DNA from: Escherichia coli
Lineage (GTDB): Bacteria; Pseudomonadota; Gammaproteobacteria; Enterobacterales; Enterobacteriaceae
NCBI RefSeq assembly: GCF_003334315.1
Contig: NZ_QOWR01000109.1
DNA length: 2,574 bases
Direction: 5' to 3' (one strand)
The notes under the pieces were generated by a model. It was given only the letters and a program-made list of their open reading frames with translations, did not search any database and was not told where the DNA came from. The translations under genes and the position numbers were made by a program. Positions 1-2,574 of this stretch are shown here, one piece after another (the first letter of the stretch is position 1; each line of letters starts with the position of its first letter).

Positions 1-61
1 TGTTTTTGTCATGTGAGTCACCTCTGACTGAGAGTTTACTCACTTAGCCGCGTGTCCACTA

Positions 62-397
62 TTGCTGGGTAAGATCAATCAGCTTCCCCCTACGGAAGAT
101 AATAAACAGCCTTCTTTTGATGTTCTTGATGATGATTGGGATGCGCCTTTGCCGTGGGAGACGGAAGAAACACCTGTTTCATCAAGTGAAAAGGTAGCTA
201 ATGATAAGGAGGATGTGTTAGAGAATTTTGCCTCTCTTATCATCCAGGAGAAGACTACTAGAACAGGAGGGGCATCATTTATAGAATTTGCAACATCGTT
301 AGCCTATAAGCACAGGTTAAAGCTACCAAATGGTATTGAGGCATATTTTTCTAAGAATTACCCAAATGTATACGAAGACTTTGATCTTCCCTTTTAA
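62..397 (+). CDS. Hypothetical acidic protein (111 aa) with an SSB-tail-like C-terminal tip ...YEDFDLPF; start codon uncertain
   Basis: Open frame from TTG at 62 to TAA at 395-397. An in-frame TGA at 29-31 rules out any start upstream of 62, and there is no in-frame ATG anywhere in the ORF. No clear SD precedes the TTG, so the start is uncertain; an in-frame GTG at 215 follows an AAGGAGG at 206-212 but the spacing is only 2 nt. The N-terminal half is strongly acidic and low-complexity (DVLDDDWDAPLPWETEE). The downstream gene's SD sits 5 nt after the stop, consistent with an operon. Confidence 0.5.
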   Translation: MLGKINQLPPTEDNKQPSFDVLDDDWDAPLPWETEETPVSSSEKVANDKEDVLENFASLIIQEKTTRTGGASFIEFATSLAYKHRLKLPNGIEAYFSKNYPNVYEDFDLPF

Positions 398-413
398 AAA
401 GTAAGGAGGACTA

Positions 414-692
414 TTGATCCAATATTTAGTAAAAAATCAAGTAGACAGAATTCAGTGTAATGACACAGGAAAACGCATCTACGAAACACTTGCTTACCTC
501 TATAAAGGAAAGCCAACACCGCTAAAATATAGCGATGTGTTACATCGAGCAGGGTGCTCTGAAGATGGTTTAAAATTCTGGCTTAGACAGCTATCAAATT
601 TCGGTGTTATAGAGATTAAAGAATTATCTTTCTCTACATTCAATCTCAAAAGACTAGACAGAGAAATAGACTTCATCTATTCCACTCTCTAA
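414..692 (+). CDS. Hypothetical small protein (92 aa), possibly helix-turn-helix or winged-helix DNA-binding
   Basis: TTG start at 414 is the first possible start after an in-frame TAA at 402-404, and is preceded by a consensus SD AAGGAGG at 403-409. The frame runs uninterrupted to TAA at 690-692. The segment YSDVLHRAGCSEDGLKFWLRQL has the spacing of a helix-turn-helix (A-G at the turn), but the assignment is by eye only. Confidence 0.65.
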   Translation: MIQYLVKNQVDRIQCNDTGKRIYETLAYLYKGKPTPLKYSDVLHRAGCSEDGLKFWLRQLSNFGVIEIKELSFSTFNLKRLDREIDFIYSTL

Positions 693-733
693 AATCTCTC
701 TATGTAATTAAAATATAAAAGGAAAACATTATT

Positions 734-850
734 ATGATAGTAGCTATGTATTGGTTATTGTTCTTTCTCACGTTAGAAACATACTTCGGGGTGTTTTCCT
801 TTAAAAGAAAAGGAAAAGTAAATGGCAAAAAGAAAAAACAACGTTGTTAA
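734..850 (+). CDS. Possible small hydrophobic peptide (38 aa): MIVAMYWLLFFLTLETYFGVFSFKRKGKVNGKKKKQRC
   Basis: ATG at 734 follows an AAAAGGA at 717-723 with 10-nt spacing. The peptide has a roughly 23-residue hydrophobic segment followed by a Lys/Arg-rich tail, and ends at TAA 848-850. It overlaps the 5' end of the 822-1232 CDS in another frame. It was read by hand and is below the ORF-track length cutoff; it could be a chance ORF in AT-rich DNA. Confidence 0.2.
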   Translation: MIVAMYWLLFFLTLETYFGVFSFKRKGKVNGKKKKQRC

Positions 851-1232
851 GAAAATCGGTGATTCAGCTTCTCTTCTAAGTAAACCTAAATCTCTTCTAA
901 GACGCAAAGACTTTAAAGAGCTAGTTACGCTCACCAAGCAAAATAGCGCCCCTGGCGAATGGAAAACAGAGATTATAGAACATTCTCCCTCTGTGCCTTG
1001 TGGAGATGAATATATCGCATTACAAGAAATCTTATCTTCAACACCTGGCGTATTCTGGAAACCTAGAAAAAGAAAAGAGTATATTGTTGACAGCTCTGAT
1101 CTACGCAAATACCAGATTTTAGGATTTGAAGATTATAACCACTATGTTGGTTATCTCGCCACCAATGGCCTAAATAATTTAGTTCCAGAATTCCAGATTT
1201 TAGATAATGCTGATCACTATGGAGACTTTTAA
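822..1232 (+). CDS. Hypothetical basic protein (136 aa), Lys/Arg-rich N-terminus
   Basis: ATG at 822 immediately follows an in-frame TAA at 819-821, with AGGA at 812-815 (6-nt spacing). The frame is open to TAA at 1230-1232. The N-terminus MAKRKNNVVKK...SLLRRKD is very basic; no family recognised. Confidence 0.65.
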   Translation: MAKRKNNVVKKIGDSASLLSKPKSLLRRKDFKELVTLTKQNSAPGEWKTEIIEHSPSVPCGDEYIALQEILSSTPGVFWKPRKRKEYIVDSSDLRKYQILGFEDYNHYVGYLATNGLNNLVPEFQILDNADHYGDF

Positions 1233-1233
1233 T

Positions 1234-1572
1234 ATGAACAAAAACACGTATGACACAATTTACTCACTAATTAATTATTATGAGGATGATTACCTCCTGC
1301 CTTTAAACCGCGCTGAACTTGAAGCATACAAAGAAAACACGCCAGCGGCACTAAATGAGGCGTTTAAACACTGGGATTTAGCTGTGAATGCCTTTGAGCA
1401 CCTCTCTAAGCGTGTAGAGATGCTCTGTAAGCGTGAGAACGCATATCTAACAGCGGATCAGATATGGAGTCTCTCAAACTGGATAGAAGGTATTGAATCG
1501 GACGTTCGCTATGTAGGGGATGGCCTTGTTGAACTCGCACAACGCTTAGGCGCTGCTATCACAGAAGAATAA
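1234..1572 (+). CDS. Hypothetical acidic, probably alpha-helical protein (113 aa from ATG 1234), translationally coupled to the upstream CDS
   Basis: The ORF track starts this frame at ATG 1207, but ATG 1234 is preferred: GGAG at 1221-1224 lies 9 nt upstream and the upstream gene's TAA (1230-1232) is 1 nt before this ATG, the classic coupling arrangement. ATG 1207 and ATG 1219 have no SD. Stop is TAA at 1570-1572. Protein from 1234 begins MNKNTYDTIYSLINYYEDDY... Confidence 0.6.
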   Translation: MNKNTYDTIYSLINYYEDDYLLPLNRAELEAYKENTPAALNEAFKHWDLAVNAFEHLSKRVEMLCKRENAYLTADQIWSLSNWIEGIESDVRYVGDGLVELAQRLGAAITEE

Positions 1573-1601
1573 AAAAAGCAACAAAAAAGTTGTAAAATAT
1601 C

Positions 1602-1630
1602 TTGACATTTCATATATTGTATGTTAATAT
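1602..1630 (+). promoter_or_regulatory. Sigma-A-type promoter: -35 TTGACA (1602-1607), 17-bp spacer, TGn-extended -10 TAATAT (1625-1630)
   Basis: Perfect -35 hexamer, a 5/6 match at -10 with TG at 1622-1623 in the extended -10 position, and optimal 17-bp spacing. An A-rich tract (1571-1590) sits where an UP element would be. Predicted transcription start is near 1637. Sequence inspection only. Confidence 0.6.
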
Positions 1631-1636
1631 AATTAT

Positions 1637-1839
1637 ATAGGGTGATTATTTTTCCTTTATTGGTTCGATATTAAAAATTCTTCTTGTCGTTAAAGGGGAG
1701 TAAAATCTCCGCTCCCCGCTTCTCCTCCTTAAGTAATACTGTGTCATTTACCTCTTTTTTCCTTTGTTATGCATACATCTTGGAGTGTGCATAACATAGG
1801 GTAATTACAAAGGCGGCTTTAAATGCTGCCTTTTATTTT
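1637..1839 (+). ncRNA. Putative structured 5' leader or small RNA (about 200 nt) running from the predicted start site to the terminator hairpin
   Basis: Bounded by the promoter at 1602-1630 and the hairpin plus U-tract at 1809-1839. It contains a G-rich block AAAGGGGAG (1692-1700) that can pair with any of three CU-rich blocks (1706-1710, 1712-1717, 1721-1727), and an imperfect 10-bp inverted repeat (1767-1776 with 1785-1794). No ORF with a credible SD lies inside. I could not match it to any riboswitch class from memory. Confidence 0.3.
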
Positions 1840-1851
1840 GCCCGTTATGCA
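1766..1851 (+). repeat. Three copies of the 8-mer GTTATGCA: 1766-1773 (+), 1788-1795 (inverted, TGCATAAC), 1844-1851 (+)
   Basis: Exact 8-bp matches read directly from the sequence. The first and second copies form an inverted repeat with a 14-bp spacer; the third lies between the terminator hairpin and the 1902 CDS. Candidate operator half-sites or RNA structural elements. Confidence 0.3.
1809..1839 (+). terminator. Intrinsic-terminator-like hairpin with U-tract (AAAGGCGGC-TTTAAAT-GCTGCCTTT then TATTTT)
   Basis: The GC-rich stem GGCGGC (1812-1817) pairs with GCTGCC (1825-1830) including one G-U pair, is extended by three A-U pairs, has a 7-nt loop, and is followed by TTTTATTTT (1831-1839). 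It sits 237 bp after the stop of the 1234-1572 CDS and 62 bp before the 1902 start, so it could terminate block A, attenuate readthrough into block B, or both. Confidence 0.55.
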
Positions 1852-1901
1852 ACTTAAAAGTTGTATTTCTTACTTTAAACAAGGTAACAAGGTTTATATA
1901 A

Positions 1902-2114
1902 ATGTTGTTCTTAAATGATAAAGAGCAAATCATCAAGTATCGAGATGAAATGCTGCGAATTACTCCACAAATTACCGAAATGGTAGCTAAATACGCTGGG
2001 TGTTCTGTCGAGGAAGTAGAAAGATGTGTTGAAAAATATTTTTCTCCTTCTTCTCCGTCTACACCTTCCCTTAATGAATTAATCAAATTAAAAGCTAAGG
2101 AGATTACTAAATGA
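1902..2114 (+). CDS. Hypothetical small protein (70 aa): N-terminal helical region with possible HTH, Ser/Pro-rich linker, Lys-rich C-terminal helix
   Basis: ATG at 1902 with AAGGT at 1888-1892 (9-nt spacing). The frame is open to TGA at 2112-2114, which overlaps the next start as ATGA. Contains ITEMVAKYAGCSVEEVERCVEKY, then SPSSPSTPS, then LNELIKLKAKEITK. No family recognised. Confidence 0.55.
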   Translation: MLFLNDKEQIIKYRDEMLRITPQITEMVAKYAGCSVEEVERCVEKYFSPSSPSTPSLNELIKLKAKEITK

Positions 2115-2473
2115 TTATTGATTTAGACACTCTGTTTCCAGTTCGAAAGACTTTCACAGATATTGTAAGTTATTGTACTGATCCGTTTGCCTCTGTAGAA
2201 AGCAAGGTTTTTGCTTCTCTTCCTGCTGATGTTGAATGCGGAGACTTGATCACCAGCACGGGCGCTAAATATGTATCAGGAGATGATATCTATGTTGTTA
2301 TGAGTGAATTTGTAACGGCTGGAGAAAACAAGCCTGTAGATGTTTTACGTAGCAATGCTGGCCTTGTGTGCATTAAAGCTGATGCGCTGAATGCTGTAAG
2401 TGAAGCAGCAAAAACAGCATTAATTAAAAAAGGCTTCCAGCTTGAAGGCTTCCACTCTGTTTTCACTTCTTAA
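2111..2473 (+). CDS. Hypothetical acidic protein (120 aa), translationally coupled to the upstream 70-aa CDS
   Basis: ATG at 2111 overlaps the upstream TGA (2112-2114) in an ATGA arrangement. AAGGAG at 2097-2102 gives 8-nt spacing. Open to TAA at 2471-2473. No family recognised. Confidence 0.6.
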   Translation: MIIDLDTLFPVRKTFTDIVSYCTDPFASVESKVFASLPADVECGDLITSTGAKYVSGDDIYVVMSEFVTAGENKPVDVLRSNAGLVCIKADALNAVSEAAKTALIKKGFQLEGFHSVFTS

Positions 2474-2492
2474 TAAAAGGAATAATAATAAA

Positions 2493-2574
2493 TGATTTGG
2501 ATTGGCCCCTATATTTCCATACACTTTTTATCACTTAACCCATTACTGGTTCGCCGCCGCAGATATTCCCGTGG
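2493..2574 (+). CDS. Possible 5' end of a further CDS, truncated by the window edge (MIWIGPYISIHFLSLNPLLVRRRRYSR...)
   Basis: ATG at 2493 follows AAAAGGA at 2476-2482 (10-nt spacing). The frame has no stop through the window end (27 codons). There is no terminator between 2473 and 2493, so it would be co-transcribed with block B. Low confidence because it is short and incomplete. Confidence 0.3.

Noticed and set aside
773-1108. 111-aa ORF on the minus strand
   Set aside because: It lies almost wholly antisense to the well-supported 822-1232 CDS, has no SD, and translates to low-complexity sequence (runs of L/F/S). Most likely a shadow ORF of the + strand gene.
1207-1233. ORF-track start at ATG 1207 for the fourth CDS
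   Set aside because: ATG 1207 and ATG 1219 have no SD and lie inside the upstream gene. ATG 1234 has GGAG at 9-nt spacing and stop-start coupling, so it is preferred.
1578-1593. Small hairpin CAAC-AAAAAA-GTTG right after the 1572 stop as a terminator
   Set aside because: The stem is 4-5 bp and AT-rich with no following U-tract, too weak to call a terminator. The A-rich tract is more plausibly the UP element of the 1602 promoter.
1661-1669. GGTTCGATA, resembling a tRNA T-loop (GGTTCGA)
   Set aside because: The flanking sequence cannot form a T-stem, acceptor stem or anticodon arm, so this is not a tRNA or a tRNA-derived att site that I can support.
1646-1747. 33-aa Arg-rich ORF on the minus strand (MTQYYLRRRSGERRFYSPLTTRRIFNIEPIKEK) with GAGG just upstream
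   Set aside because: The Arg/Gly/Glu codons are the direct antisense consequence of the CU-rich + strand leader. SD spacing is only about 3 nt and I see no convincing minus-strand promoter. Recorded because an antisense micro-ORF cannot be fully excluded.
1771-1798. CATACA and CATAACATA resembling sporulation sigma-factor (SigE/SigK-type) -10 elements
   Set aside because: I could not find matching -35 elements at the right spacing, and my recall of these consensus sequences is approximate. Not supportable without a search.
1769-1804. 11-codon ORF (MHTSWSVHNIG) inside the leader as a possible leader peptide
   Set aside because: There is no SD upstream (the region is T/C-rich) and it overlaps the inverted-repeat arms, which are better explained as structure or operator.
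1637-1901. Match of the leader to a known riboswitch or T-box class
   Set aside because: I checked by eye for T-box, SAM, TPP, FMN, purine, glycine, lysine and PyrR-site core motifs and found none. AGGGTG near 1639 is in the wrong position for a T-box sequence. The leader is therefore called unclassified rather than assigned.
1805-2086. 93-aa ORF on the minus strand
   Set aside because: It is antisense to the 1902-2114 CDS and the leader, uses a TTG start without an SD, and has no supporting signals. Probably spurious.
2434-2456. Direct repeat GGCTTCCA (2434-2441 and 2449-2456) and a near-palindrome around AGCT at the 3' end of the 120-aa CDS
   Set aside because: It encodes a repeated GF(Q/H) peptide and is most simply explained by coding constraints. 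There is no flanking regulatory context.
1-2574. CRISPR array, insertion sequence, transposase, integrase, rRNA or tRNA
   Set aside because: There are no regularly spaced direct repeats, no terminal inverted repeats flanking an ORF, and no ORF long enough or with motifs suggestive of a recombinase. None is present in this window.

Overview
This 2574-bp window is AT-rich and has Firmicutes/Bacillus-type expression signals: strong GGAGG-type Shine-Dalgarno sites, two TTG starts, and a TTGACA-N17-TAATAT promoter with a TGn extension. All six credible coding regions are on the + strand, are small (70-136 aa), and are tightly packed or overlapping. I do not recognise any of them as a known family from the translations, so all gene symbols are left empty and product calls are descriptive. 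The window divides into two blocks. Block A (62-1572) holds four ORFs, the last two coupled by a 1-nt gap. A 329-bp non-coding region (1573-1901) follows, with a near-consensus promoter, a roughly 200-nt structured CU-rich transcript, three copies of a GTTATGCA motif and an intrinsic-terminator-like hairpin. Block B (1902-2473) is a 70-aa/120-aa pair overlapping by ATGA, followed by the start of another ORF that runs off the window. I see no rRNA, tRNA, CRISPR array, IS element or recognisable integrase/transposase. The layout is what one expects of a prophage or mobile-element accessory module, but that is inference. The observations most worth follow-up are an acidic protein ending in an SSB-tail-like DFDLPF tip, and the promoter-leader-terminator unit placed directly upstream of the coupled gene pair. 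Nothing here is confirmed by homology search; every functional statement is a hypothesis.
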